Source: Vitrella brassicaformis CCMP3155
Taxonomy: Eukaryota; Protista; Chromerida
NCBI GenBank assembly: GCA_001179505.1
Contig: CDMY01000243.1
Span: 248,001-312,000 of the forward strand
DNA length: 64,000 nucleotides
Reading direction: 5' to 3'
Shown here piece after piece: positions 1-12,500 of this stretch. Under the pieces are notes generated by a model, which ran no database searches, had not been told where the DNA came from, and saw only the letters and a program-made list of their open reading frames with translations. Every line of letters begins with the position of its first letter. The stretch's first letter is position 1. The position numbers and the translations under genes are program-made.

Positions 1-3000
1 CAAGGAAGGAACGCAGCGAGGTTGACGACAGCCACCCAGCCAAAGACACTTTCTTCGTGCGTACCAGTATGACAAGTCTGATAAGTGGCCACCGCAGCAG
101 CTGGTCCTTGGTCAGTGAGGTCGTCTCAACCACAGGAAAGTGACGCTCGCGGATGAGGCCCGCCGAGTAGTTGAGCAGCATTCGCAGCGCCACGGGAATC
201 TTGGCGGCCAGTGCTGAGAGGCACTGGATGATGTTGGTGAGCATCACCGTCTTGAAGGCGTCCAGCTGCGTGGTGAGGTAATTGCGCACTCTCTGGTCCT
301 TGGCGTCCTTGATGTCTGCACACATCCACACATCCACGGGCAGCAGGCCGGCCAGCCATGAGCGTGGACGCATTGTGTGTGTGTGTGTGTGTGTAAAGGC
401 TGACTGACTGACTCAAGATCCTCAGCGCGCTGTCGATGTCAAAGACAAAGTACACGCTGCGCATCGTCTCCAGCACGCCAGCAAGGGACCTGGACAGACA
501 AGGAGTGACATTAAAGGAAAAGAGCAGTGGCTGCACCGTGTGTGTCTCACACACGTCTCTGTTTCATTCTTGTGTGTGGCGAAGCCATTCAGGCTCAGCA
601 GCGGGGCAGCCAGGTCGCCCGAGTGGGGCTCATTCAGCGCCAAATTGGAAAACAGACGAAAGAATATCGACGCGCCTGGCTGGAAGGGCATTTCTGAGAC
701 CCGATGGCCCGACAGTTCAGTGCATTTCTGCACCTCCCGCCCAGCCACATAGCAGCAGAGCGCCATGAACAAGTGCTCAACCCTCGGCACATGCAGAGAG
801 GCATATAGCTGTGTGAACCACACACACACACACACACGCATAACACCAACGACATTCGCCGTCATCGGCTCGGCGTCTCACTTGGGTGGTGGCCGTGAGA
901 AACACTTCCCTCTCCCTCTTGACGCGAGGAGACGCCGACACGCTGCCGTCTGCAGTCACTGAGGGGCAGGGCAGGCTCAAAGCCAGGTTGCCCAGATACG
1001 CTGGCTGCTGCTGCAAGACAAACATCAGCTCCCGAAGAGCATGCAGCTTGCGCAGAAGCTCGCTTGGGGCACACTGACGCAATCTGGACACAGACACACA
1101 CAGAATGGCTTGCTTGTCAGACAGATCATGGTTGTAGCAGCATGCCTGCCTGTCTAGGTCTGGCGCCGGGCACCGCAGCCGCCTCATGTTGGCCATGCAT
1201 TGCATCTCAACGTCGCTCTGCAGCCTTGCCAGCTGCGTCTCGGGGGACGACAGCGCGGCTATGTCGGCGAGGAAGCCGTTGTAGGTCGACGTCAGCTCGC
1301 CCTGTCACATCCACACGCGCTAAAAAGTGTCTCTGACCTCTGTCTCTGTCTGATGTACCTCAACTTCTGCTAGTGTTGCGTCATCGTACTCCTCAGCCTC
1401 GGCCTGATACGTCCAAAACGATTGAAAGCCTGCTCAAATTCTCCACGACACTGACTCACCCGCCGCACCTACCTGTAACATGCTCTGCAGGGCGGCGAAT
1501 GACTTGATCGACGTGCCCTTCTTGAGAGATTCAATCATCTTGGCTGTCTGCCGAGCCTCCGCCTCCTATACGGACCAAGGCAGGAGCTCACAATAACCAG
1601 CGTGCGTGCCAGCTCGTGTTATCTCACCTTGTGTTTCTCAGCCTCTTCCTCTGTCTCCTCACCCTCCTCACCGCCCTCCTGCCTCTCCTCGGCGCCGGCG
1701 ACGAGTGCCATGGCCTCCAACGACACCCAATTGGCTAACACCTATCATATGAGCACGCACCCATATGTCGATGTCTCGGACACACAGGGAAGATAGGCAC
1801 GTGCCTTAGTTGGGCTGTGAATGATGTTGCTGGAGGTTTTGCGGATGCCAAGACGGCCAGACGTCGAGGCGCCCCAGGCCAGCATGTCGCCAGACGATAG
1901 AACAGCTACAGAGTGGTGCGGGCCCGTCGCTACAAGCTCTACCGATGACTCGATCAGCTCAAGCGGCTCTGGGTGGTCTACTGTCCCAAACTCTCCACCA
2001 AGGCCAAGCTGCCCGTTGCGGTTGTCGCCCCAAGCCCACACCTCTCCCCCTTCCAGCAGCACCAGAGTGTGCTCATCCCTGCACACCACCTGACGATACC
2101 GAGGCTCCCCGATCGGCAGCTCAATGGCAGTGAAGTGGGTGGGCTCCAAGAGGTGATCGGGCCCGCACACACACTTGTCACGCCCCCACACGTACAGGTC
2201 GCCCCTTCGTGTAATGCAGCAGCTGTGTGACGAGCCGCAAGCAATCGACTCGCCTTGGACGCTGCGAGGAAGCGGCACCTGAGACATCCATCGATGTGTA
2301 AGGCAATCGAGCATTCCGGAGACCTCCGTGGATGTGATGTTCCATATGTCATCGCTTTCCTTTGTTGGTGTGTAGGCGTTGTCTGTGTGCGAGAGGCCCA
2401 GCCGTCCATAGAAGCCTGCACCCCACGAGCAGACCTCCCCCTGCACAGTGATGGCCAACATGTGGTGCAGACCTAGAAGACCAGCAAAGAGACCCATGTC
2501 AGCGCAAGACAATGCGTCTCACCCGTCCCTCTCACCCATAGCAATGCCCTTGATCGGTGTATCCAGCTTGACGTGTCTGGGGATCAGCAGAGACCCCGAG
2601 GTCAGATGCGGCCCGTGCCCCAGCTTCCCCCACTCAGCGCTGCCCCAAGTCCACGTCTCCCCTTGGATGCAGTCACGCCCGCCAGTGGATCGCAAGGCGG
2701 CAGAGAAGTCCTCCCCACAGGCAACATCGAAGCAGTCGTGCAGTGTGGGAATCAGGGTGGGCTCAGAGGAGTCACGAGCCAGCCCTGAACCAGACATGTA
2801 TGCCTCGGCTCTTGTACGGCTGAGAGGCCGTGCTGGGTAGCTTACTTACCATACCATTGCCTAACTGGCCGTGCATGCCTTTGCCCCACGCCCAGACACG
2901 CCCGTCGGTCGTGACGGCCAGAGCGTGCTCCGACCCGCAGGACAAGCGACGCACGGGCCGGTCCAAGGTGAGCAGACGAGAGGGCTCCCAGGAATCCTGC

Positions 3001-4882
3001 AGCAGGTGCACGTACAAAACAAAGGCACACCAGGTTTCACGTGACGTGCATATGTGGTGGCTATGCTAGAATGAATGTCACCAGCGTGGTGCTGTGTCCA
3101 AGCATCTCCGATACGCCCCAGAGCCACACTTGTCCGGCCTCAGTCACACATGCTGTGTGCATTGCGCCGCACGCCACCTGTTCGACCTGCCACGGCGCCG
3201 CATCCTCGTCTTCACCACCATCCTCCTCGCCCTCCTGCACGAGACACACCAACCACAAGTGCCTGCCAGCTTTGCATTCCTCCTGATGTCTCTTGCCTCT
3301 TGCTTTACGTGCTCCAGATCCTCTGGCAATGCCGTTCCCCGGCTACCCTCGTAGAGAGACGACCGCTTCCTGCTCCGGAAGTATCCACCGTCAGCCGCAC
3401 GGCTCGCCGCACCGGCACCACTCTCCTGGTCGCCCGCAGTGAGTAAAGGCATCCCCTTGATGCCATCCAGCCTCTCGGGCGACGGCAGGGTCATTGTCTG
3501 TGGGTGTCCGAGACGGAAGCCCCCGCTGCCCCAGGTATATAGCTCCCCGGTCTGCTGTATGGCTGCAGAATGGTAAGCGCCGGTGGCAATCTGAGCAACG
3601 GCAAATCTGAAAGCGGGAATGAGTCGAGGGCTCGGCACGAGTGAAGCATGCTCGCTCCCCGGGCGGCTGCCGCCTCCACGGTCTCCTGACGCATGTTTGG
3701 AGAGACCCAGCGCAGTGCCTTTGCCCCACGCCCAGACGCGTCTCCGGCTGGTCAACGCGAGAGTGTGGAAGGTGCCGCAGACAACCTTGATCACGCAAGT
3801 GTGTCGCAAGTCATCCACTCGGCGAGGAATCGGTTGATCACCTGCCTCGCCATGGCCCAAGCGGCCGAACGAAGCATTGCCCCTAGGTACAAGACAGGAG
3901 GCACGCAGGAAGCTGTGCACCGCACCAGGAGAGGTCTGTAGGGGATAGTGCTTACTTACCAAGTGTAGAGCCCTCCTGCACGGTCAATGCAAGCAGAGTG
4001 AGCCTCACCGCAGGCCACCATGACCATGTGCCCCTCGATGCCGTCCGTCACCAGCTGGGGTGTCAGCATCATCTTGCAGTGCCCGAGACCCAGCCGACCG
4101 TTGCTGCCCTCTCCCCAGGCATATAGAAGGCCTTCACGGGTGCAGCAGAGAGAGTGCTTGGCCCCGCCCGCACAGTGCACGACGATCGACCCATCCCCGC
4201 CGGTGACTGGTGTGGGCAGCTCTCCCTCGCCCCTACCCCGTTCGGTGCCCTCAGGAAGCATGACTCGGCTCGGTCTTGGGCGGTCTTGTGTGTCGCCCTG
4301 GCCGAGATTTCCCCATGTGCCGACGCCCCAAGACCACAGGCTGCCGTCCTCTGTGATTGCCAGCGTGTGATCAGACCCGCATGCCACTCTCACCACGTTT
4401 GCGGTGAAGTCAATCCTCAGGGGGAAGGAAGGGCACCACGCCTCGTCGCTCCGGGTGGAGAGGCCGCTTACCCACTCCCTCTTCCGTGGTTTCACCCCCG
4501 GCACACGCTCAATCTCTTCCTCTTTCCTCGCCGCCTCGTCTTGGGTAAGGCCCAGACGGCCGCGACTCCCGAGTCCCATCGCATAGAGATCTCCGCCCGC
4601 CGCCTCGGCTGCTTTCAGCAGGATCATCGAATGCTGAGAGCCACACGATACATGCTGGCCCGTTGCTCCTCTTGGCAATGAGATGGGCGCTGGCTGGCTC
4701 TGCTCTTTGATGTTGCGGCCGAGGCCGAGGCAGTTGTGTTTGTTGAGTCCCCACGCCTGGATGCTGCCGTCAGGGCAGACGAGGAGCGTGTGGTTCAGTC
4801 CGCAAGCGACGGTGCACAGCGTTTTGTGCGCAAACGTGGCGCTTTCCGTCTTCATGTTGGCGCGACTGCTGGTCTTGCGCAT
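1..4882 (-). CDS. Multi-exon RCC1-repeat protein with coiled coil and C-terminal IQGAP-type RasGAP-like domain; runs off the window start
   Basis: Many RCC1 repeats (VACGLNHTLL..IQAWGLNKHNCLGLG; VACGSDHTLA..LWSWGVGTWGNLGQG; CGSEHALA..VWAWGKGMHGQLG; VCSWGAGFYGRLG). Distal exons read LRELMFVLQQQPAYLGNL..FTQLYASL..VEHLFMAL..KIPVALRMLL, resembling the IQGAP GAP-related domain. The ORF track starts at a GTG (4921); the first in-frame ATG is 4882. Confidence 0.8.
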
Positions 4883-4998
4883 GCTTTCGAAGGGGGCGTT
4901 GTCCTTTCTCGCAGCCCCCACATGGCCCCCACACGCATGCGAGACGAGACGGCTCAGAGAAATGACATTTTAGACGGCCAAACTCTCTTTTTGATGAC

Positions 4999-5065
4999 GC
5001 GAAGGCGAGGCCCGAAGGGCCGAGCCGAGCAAGGACTTTGGTGCGAAGGCGAGGCCCGAAGGTGC
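4999..5065 (+). repeat. GAA-triloop hairpin element, copy 1 (20-bp direct repeat GCGAAGGCGAGGCCCGAAGG x2)
   Basis: Direct repeat at 4999-5018 and 5043-5062; hairpin GGCCC-GAA-GGGCC; 25 bp (5007-5031) identical to the reverse complement of 58204-58228. Confidence 0.75.
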
Positions 5066-5247
5066 TCACCGGGGTGCCGGCCAAACCTCAGCTGCTCCTC
5101 ACTGCCGGACGGAAAGAAGAAGAACGACCTCGACAAACATGCAGGGAACCAGGAGATGTACTCGCAGTTTTTCTCCGAGAGGTCCTCGTCCGCCGCCTCA
5201 TTTGCAGTGTATACCTAGATGCAGTGCGACTGACCGTCTGTGTGCAG

Positions 5248-5750
5248 GCATCGGTGGTTTGTGTTATGCGGCTCTGTTGGCCAAGTATGGCGACGACGTC
5301 ACTGTCTGTGAGTCGCACGTGTACCCAGGTACTGATGATGCACACACCAAGAGTGTCGGGCGTATTGACCGCACCGCTGCCCTATCTCTCCTTTTGTGGG
5401 TGTGGGTGTCAGCTGGTGCGGCGCACTCATTTGAGCGTGATGGCTACATGTCTCAGGGCCCAGCCTCTGGGCCGGCATGAGCCAGCCGTCAATCAACCCT
5501 CTCAGACAGGCAAGACAGCAGACAGACAGACAGGCACACCCAGTGCCCGATAATGGGTTTTGTGTGTGTGTGTGACTGGCTGACAGGTGCTTGATGCCGT
5601 GGGTGAGGAGGACTCCATCGAGTGGTGCAGCTACGACGGCTGGTCGCTCTACACACCAGAGGGCACATGGCGATACACCGTCGGCCCGGGCAACTTCGAG
5701 CCGACACTGCGCAAGTACGGTGGCGAGCAGGCCGTCAAGGAGTGGCGAGC
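5248..5750 (+). pseudogene. 5'-truncated, frameshifted fragment of a CRTISO/phytoene desaturase-like FAD oxidoreductase
   Basis: Exons 5248-5328 (GIGGLCYAALLAKYGDDVTVCESHVYP), 5413-5509 (AGAAHSFERDGY / frameshift / SGPSLWAGMSQPSINPLRQ) and 5587-~5750 (VLDAVGEEDSIEWCSYDGW..YTVGPGNF). No upstream exon supplying the start of the GxGxxG motif was found. Confidence 0.75.
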
Positions 5751-5964
5751 ACGCAAGGGCTCAGCCGTTCTCCGATGCGGGCCATCTTCCACAGGAGGCC
5801 CATGAAGTTCATTCATTCATTCATTCGAGCGTCCTCGTGAGCACACAAGGCATTCATTCGGACGAAGCGAGCAGCACTGCAGGACACCCTGCAATGACCA
5901 GGGCGGCGAGTCCGGCTCACCAAGGTTTCCCTTGGCTACTCTCTGGGTTTCACATGCCCCGTAT

Positions 5965-6264
5965 NNNNNNNNNNNNNNNNNNNNNNNNNNNNNNNNNNNN
6001 NNNNNNNNNNNNNNNNNNNNNNNNNNNNNNNNNNNNNNNNNNNNNNNNNNNNNNNNNNNNNNNNNNNNNNNNNNNNNNNNNNNNNNNNNNNNNNNNNNNN
6101 NNNNNNNNNNNNNNNNNNNNNNNNNNNNNNNNNNNNNNNNNNNNNNNNNNNNNNNNNNNNNNNNNNNNNNNNNNNNNNNNNNNNNNNNNNNNNNNNNNNN
6201 NNNNNNNNNNNNNNNNNNNNNNNNNNNNNNNNNNNNNNNNNNNNNNNNNNNNNNNNNNNNNNNN
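5965..6264. other. Assembly gap (300 N)
   Basis: Run of N. Confidence 1.
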
Positions 6265-6509
6265 GTGGCTTTATTCGTGCCTGTCTGCCTGTCTTTCTGT
6301 CTGTCGTGGGTGTGGGACTCATGCGTGCGGGTCAGTCAAAAGCAACAAGCAAGACAGACATAGAGATACATATATATGGATGTTGTTATCCTCGGTTGAT
6401 GCGTGACATGCAGGGCCGTTCACTTCTTCCCCTTCTCCTTAGGCGGCACGTAGTCTGTCAGATAGACAGCACAGCAACCAGGGAAAGAGACACAAGCGAA
6501 ATCAGTCGG

Positions 6510-8933
6510 TCAACCGTTGTGGCGCCCACGACTGATAACTAACTGCATGAATGCGTACTGACCTTTGTGACCTGGGAAATAAAGGTGGTGTGTGTGTATT
6601 TCTCTGCCCTTCCTGGCCTCCTTGGCCGCCTTCTTCTCGGCCTTCTTCTCGGCCTTCTTCTCGTCCTTCTCGGCCTCGAAGCCGTAGGTGTAGTCGAAGG
6701 ACAACTGGTCGAGGGGAAACCACTTAAAAGCGAATTGGAGGTGCTACACACACACACACAGATAGAGAGAGAGAGTGTGTGTGTGTGTGTGTGTGAGCAT
6801 TCGTCTTTGCACATCATCCATAACATGCCTGCGTATGTGCTCACCCCCTTGTCAGATATGCAGATTGGGTCCTCTGAAGTGTTCACTGGAGTGAGCCCCA
6901 TCGAGGTGCAACTTTCGATGCACCAACCCTGCACACACACACGCAGAGAGGGAGAGGGAGAGAGAGAGCACATCCACTCATCCATCCATGTGTGCAGGCG
7001 GCCGTAGCGCATATGTGTCTGTCGGTCGGTCGGTCGGTCTGCCCCATTCACCTTGCCTTCGGAGGGGTGGGCAGGTTTGCCTGTCGTCGATTGCCCCCAG
7101 GTGGTTCTGAGGTACCTGCACGTTCACCCACACACCGCACCCAATTGACGACATCACATATCCCCTCCCCTCCCCGCCCGCCCCGCCCACGTACACCCGC
7201 TCGACGAGACACATCTTTGGGCGGCCCCCCCTGTCTCTGAGACAGGGTCCCCATCCTCCTGGGACGTGATTGTACCCGACGCCGACCATACTCCAGTGAT
7301 GGTGATGCTCAACTGTCGGTCCGACTGGACCTTCCTCGCACGTACATCAGAGAATGACACAGTCACCCATTGTGCCCATACATCGTAGCAGACACCGACT
7401 GATGTGTCCTACGATGTATGAAGCCATCAGATTGACCTGCAAAGTAGGGGGTCTCTGCGGGGGGGCGGCGGTCGATCTCGTCTAAAGAAGGCATAGGCGG
7501 AGCGCTGGGGATTTTTCGTGAGTAGTCGGGGTTCTCTGCGGGGGGGCGGTGGTCGATCTCGTCTAAAGAAGGCATAGGCGGAGCGCTGGGGAACTCGGGG
7601 TAGAGCCGGGTGTGATTGGCCGGCTTGTGTTGTTGTTCAAAGTCCAGGAGCACCCAACACGACTCTGCATCTTCTTTGGGTTTCCGAGGCGGAGGCATGT
7701 TCGAGGTTCTCGCAAAGGGGTGAATACAGAACTGTCCTTTGCCATTGACGAGCTTGTGGACGTCACCTCCTGGGCACTTGGACTCAAACATCATCGTGTT
7801 GATGATCGCGTCGATGCTCTGGCATTCCCCCTGTACACACAACACAACACAACACACAACACATAACCGTTCCATCCATCCATCCATCCATCCATCCACA
7901 CACAGACAATCTCACTCACCATGCCGACGGCAGGAGGTCCGTTCAGCTTGTCGATCACACATGTCGCCCCCTTTCCCGAGCAAGATTTTTCCTTCGACTT
8001 GTACTTGGCCCCGATCAGCGTAAAGTAGTGGTTCGCGATTCTGTCCTTCTCCGGACTGGAGTATGGCTGCTTCCTCAGTTTTTCCGGCGGCTGCTCCTGT
8101 TTCGACTTGTCGTACACGTTGAAGACCACCTCGCACAGGTCCCTGTACGTCTCATCCTGGATGAAGGCCCCTGCCACAGAGACGCACAAAAACAACTGTG
8201 TCGTGGCACTGTACTTTCGCGTCAGGCTGGCATTAGGCCGGCCCACTGCGTATGTATGTGCACCCACCTGTTTCAGCTGTCCTGATGGAAGTGGAGCGCC
8301 CCGTCTGTTGGATGGTCGTGGCTAGGTCCTCAATAGCCGTCACGACATCGCCCGTTGCCGTGTGTGCGGCGGTGGCCATCGCGTGGGCGGCGGTACTCGC
8401 CGCATGAGCGGCCTCGGTGATGCTCTTGGCCTTGCCGAGTGCCGTCTGCAGATAGGCAGCCGACATGGATCCACCTGCAGCCGTCACCCCACCAGATTGC
8501 TGGATGAAGGCGTTTTCCTCATCAGAGGGCGGACACGAAGAGGTATCCGCACCTGCACACACACAAGCCAACAACACTTCCGGTCCATCCTTACGCAAAG
8601 CAGGAACGCGCCAGATCAACACGTGCACAAGAGCGCCGGGCTTTCGCGCCTACCGATGCATCCACCCGTCTGTATTTGGCCAGTGCCGTGCATCGCTCCT
8701 CCCACCGCGCCAGCCGCACCGTCCTTGCCCTGGACCGCGTCGGACACCACGTCACTCTCCTTGGAGGTGGGATGCTTGGCCTTGGCGAGCGTCTGCGTGT
8801 CCTCGACGAAGCTGTGAGGGCACGTGGACTTGTTGTTGGTGACATGGGCTTCGTGTCCCGCCGCCACCTCTTCCACATTTGAGGCTGCGGCATTGCAGAA
8901 CAAGATGGCCGCCAGGATGGCAATAGGCGCCAT
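6510..8933 (-). CDS. Multi-exon secreted hypothetical protein with Cys-containing region, 27-aa tandem repeat and Lys/Glu-rich tail
   Basis: ATG 8933 gives MAPIAILAAILFCNAAAS (signal peptide-like). Successive exon ORFs are separated by microsatellite introns. PSAPPMPSLDEID(H/R)RPPAE occurs twice and AEK(K) repeats lie near the 3' end. The 3' end is approximate. Confidence 0.65.
7451..7590 (-). repeat. 81-bp-period coding tandem duplication
   Basis: GTCGATCTCGTCTAAAGAAGGCATAGGCGGAGCGCTGGG starts at 7471 and at 7552; period 81 nt = 27 aa. Confidence 0.9.
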
Positions 8934-9511
8934 GGGAGCAGCTGGGGCGCCGACAAATATGACACACGGACCAGAGCGGTTGGGGCTAGCTCGCAGACGA
9001 TCAACGGAAACTTGTATGCCCGAATGAGGTCTCGAAAACCTCGCCGCTGCATCTGCCTCCACCTGACGGCTATGACGATGTGCGATTTGCAGTGGAAAGC
9101 CCCGCGAAGCGCCGGGGGCGTCCTCAGCTGCCCGAGATAGAAGAGCCTTTCCACGACAGCTACGTCCCTGCAGAAGAACACACGAGCTGCACGGACGAGC
9201 GGAGTACCCGCAGTGTACAACAATCCCCACCTGTTGGCGTGAAGACTCAACCCAGACCAACTGAAGCGACCCGCTGGCCGACCCCAATATATTGGCCGAC
9301 CCTCATCCCATGAATCTATGAAGATGACCAGTGAAGATGAGGCAGATGAAGATGAGGGAGAGGCAGGGAAGATCGAATCTCTCGAGGGATTCCAATTCAC
9401 ATTCATGGGCGAACAAATGTGGGTTGCGACAGATATATATGTGTGAGGACATGAACACAGTCTACTGGTATGTAGCAGTGCAAGCTTGGCTCCCGCGCAT
9501 CACATGATCAG

Positions 9512-12500
9512 CTAGACTGCTGGTTTCTCCGCCATCCCTTGCGCGTTGCCAAACATCTCCTTCTCCACTTGCTGCCGAGACGCCTCCGCAGCCTGCACAC
9601 ATGCAGTCAGAGACACAGATAGATATAGCCACCCACTGATTTGCTGTGCGATCGACCCACCTCGTAGGAGAGGATTTCACTGGGAGAGCTCTTGCGGACC
9701 ATCTCGATCACCGTGCGGTTCCTGAAGTCGGTGTCGTCCGCCCTGATGCTCACCAGCAGGTGATCGAAAACAGATATCGTCGTGGCACTCGACTTGTGGC
9801 TCAGAGTCTGAGAGACACGCAAAGCAGGGAGTTCGGGCATCGCATCGCACCGCATGAAGGACAACACAGACACGACGCAGGCACCTGTTTGTCTTCGTCG
9901 AATGTGTAGTCGGCTTCTTTGAGCAGCACCACCCCTTCGATGCCGAAGCGGGGGATCGACACCTGCACGCCGTTGCGCCGCACACGCACCACCACTGAAT
10001 CAGCCGTCGATGGGCCCTGCAGACAGAGGGAGGGGAGAGTGGCACGAATGTCGGCTGCACATCCGTAGACAGGGTTTGAGTGAGTGCGGTAGGTACCTTC
10101 TTCTTGAAGTATATGTATGTGTGCAGGTCGACGGATGCCCGGCCCGCCCACTGCGCATTGCGGTGCTTGACGTTGATAACGTCACACTGGTCCGATATCT
10201 GACCACCAACACCACCAAACACACACCGTCAGGCAGGCTGCCAGCGGTCGGTCCATGTCTGTGGTGCCCGGCGGCGTGTGTGTAACCCACCTACCCGGTC
10301 TTTGTGTGAGAGTTGGTCTGGGAGGCCTTCGATGTTGAGGCCGGCAGCCAACAGCCGATGCACCAACACGTCCGCGTACCTGTGTACACGACACATATGA
10401 AGGCAGGCAGGCCAATCCATGTGTCTTGTGTGATTGATGGCATGGCGTACCTGCGAATGGGTGAGGTGAAGTGTGTGTAGAGGTCCGCGGCCAGGCCGTA
10501 GTGGAAGAATTCCTGACGATCCACCTCACTCGTGCAGAAGTACACAGCCTGACCGATAGATACATACCACACACACGACACACCAGGCATTCACCATCAA
10601 CGACTCCAACCCACCCCCCCTCCCCCCCACAGCACAGGTGCATGCAGCAATACATCGACATCAATGCATGTATGGGTACCTGGTTCATGCAGCGTGTGGT
10701 GAGTATCCGAACCAGCTTGTTGAAGTAGGCGTCATCGCCCTTGACGGCACGGTCCAGGGACTCCGCCAGCTCCTTGGACGAACCATACCTGACCCAACAA
10801 TCGACCGACAGAGCCACACAAGCCATCCATCCATCCATCCGCGTGCCTCTCTCTGTCCATCTGTCTGCATCACAGCAGGCTGGCCCACTTGAATTCGGTG
10901 AATCCGTTGGATGCGAGGAGCTTCTTGAGGGCCTTCAGGGCGTCCTCCTTCGGCGGCGGGTGACGCCTGCACTCATCCAGCCATCCAACCATCCATCCAT
11001 CCATCCAGCCATGCAGAGATGCACTCCCTCCCTGTGCACGACCCTCCTGTGCTGTGAGTGCGTGTGCTGACTTACCGGAGGACCGAGTAGAGGGGGAACT
11101 TCTCGAGGATGAATGTAGCCACTGTCGAGTTGGCGAACAGCATGAACTCTTCCACCTGACAGACAGATATTTCGATAGGTGGGTCGGGTCGGTGGGGAGG
11201 TGGGGATTCATGACTCCGCGCCCAACGTACCAGTTTGTTGGTCTCCCTGAGTTGGTACATGGCCACGTCCGTCGGGTCGGCCGTCTCAGAGTCCAGCTCA
11301 AACTTCACCTGAACCACACCACACAATGAATGCATACCGGCCGGCCGGCCGCCTGCGTGTCTGCAAGCGGGCTGCCAGTGTGGTGTGACCTACCTCGGGT
11401 GAGGCCAGTTCGAGCGCCCCCTTGGCCATTCTCCTCCCACGAATCTGCCGGGCGAGATCCAGCAAGATCCGCAGGTTGATGGCCAGCTGGCTCCTGACCA
11501 TATGATATGGCCGCACAAGAACGAACCAGGTGAAACGTTCGAACATGTGTTCTGATGGGTTGTGTTCGGTACTTACTTGTCATTTGGGTCGTCAATGATT
11601 GCCTGCGCCTCCGCGTAGGCCAGGGCAGCACTGGACCTGTGAGAGAGAAGCAGACAGACAGACAGACGGGATGGATGACTGTGTGGACAATCGACGGGCA
11701 CATAAGGGTGGTGGCTCTCACTTGATGACAGACTTGTGGAATTCCGTCTTCTTGACTTCAGCCTGGTGCAAGCAAGGGACAGAGAGAGCCGGCTATCCAT
11801 GCAGACAGAAGCGGGACTTGACCCCCCCTCATCTACCTACCTTGGGTGTCATTTCCCACAGGACAGAGAATGCAAGCCGCTGACGGCCCCCACTGCAAAA
11901 CGAGAGCAGCCGGCCAGCACCAAGTTAGTGGCGGGTGGTTGTGTTGTAGTGCATGGCTGGCTGGCTGGCTGGCTGGCTAGGGCGGGCACTTACACGAGTG
12001 AGCAAAGGTCGGTGGTGAGGAGGCCGGGCAGCATGTCGGTTCTCTTCTCCACCAGATACACCGTGGTACACCTACATCACATTCATCCACAAACGAATGT
12101 CAGTCACAAGACAGATCGTCCACCCACCCACTCACTCACAAACTCACCTTTCCGCGGCCTCTTTATCGATGGCAGTGTCCGGCTTGACGTAGTGCGTCAC
12201 GTCCGCAATGTGAACACCGATCTACACGCCAGCACGACAGACATCAGCAAGGATGAGCCCGCCGCCTCAAGTACTCACTCGTGCAGATATATACCCGGTA
12301 GTTGCCATTGGGAAGGTGCTCGACGCTGAGAGCATCGTCAATGTCCTTGCAGCCTTTGTCAGAGCAACACACACGCATTCCACTTTGCCCTCTCACCCAA
12401 CCACCGCGCTGGCTGCTGCCTCCCTGCCTACGTCTGACCTGGTGGGTCGATAGAGCAGACGAGTATGTTTCGGAGATCCAGCCGCCTCGCGATCTCCTCT

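Noticed and set aside
2876-3737. 22-bp identical stretch at 2876-2897 and 3716-3737
   Set aside because: Both encode VWAWGKG in RCC1 repeats; explained by protein repeat homology.
5591-6406. Long ORFs spanning 5591-6406
   Set aside because: Artefacts of reading through the 300-N gap.
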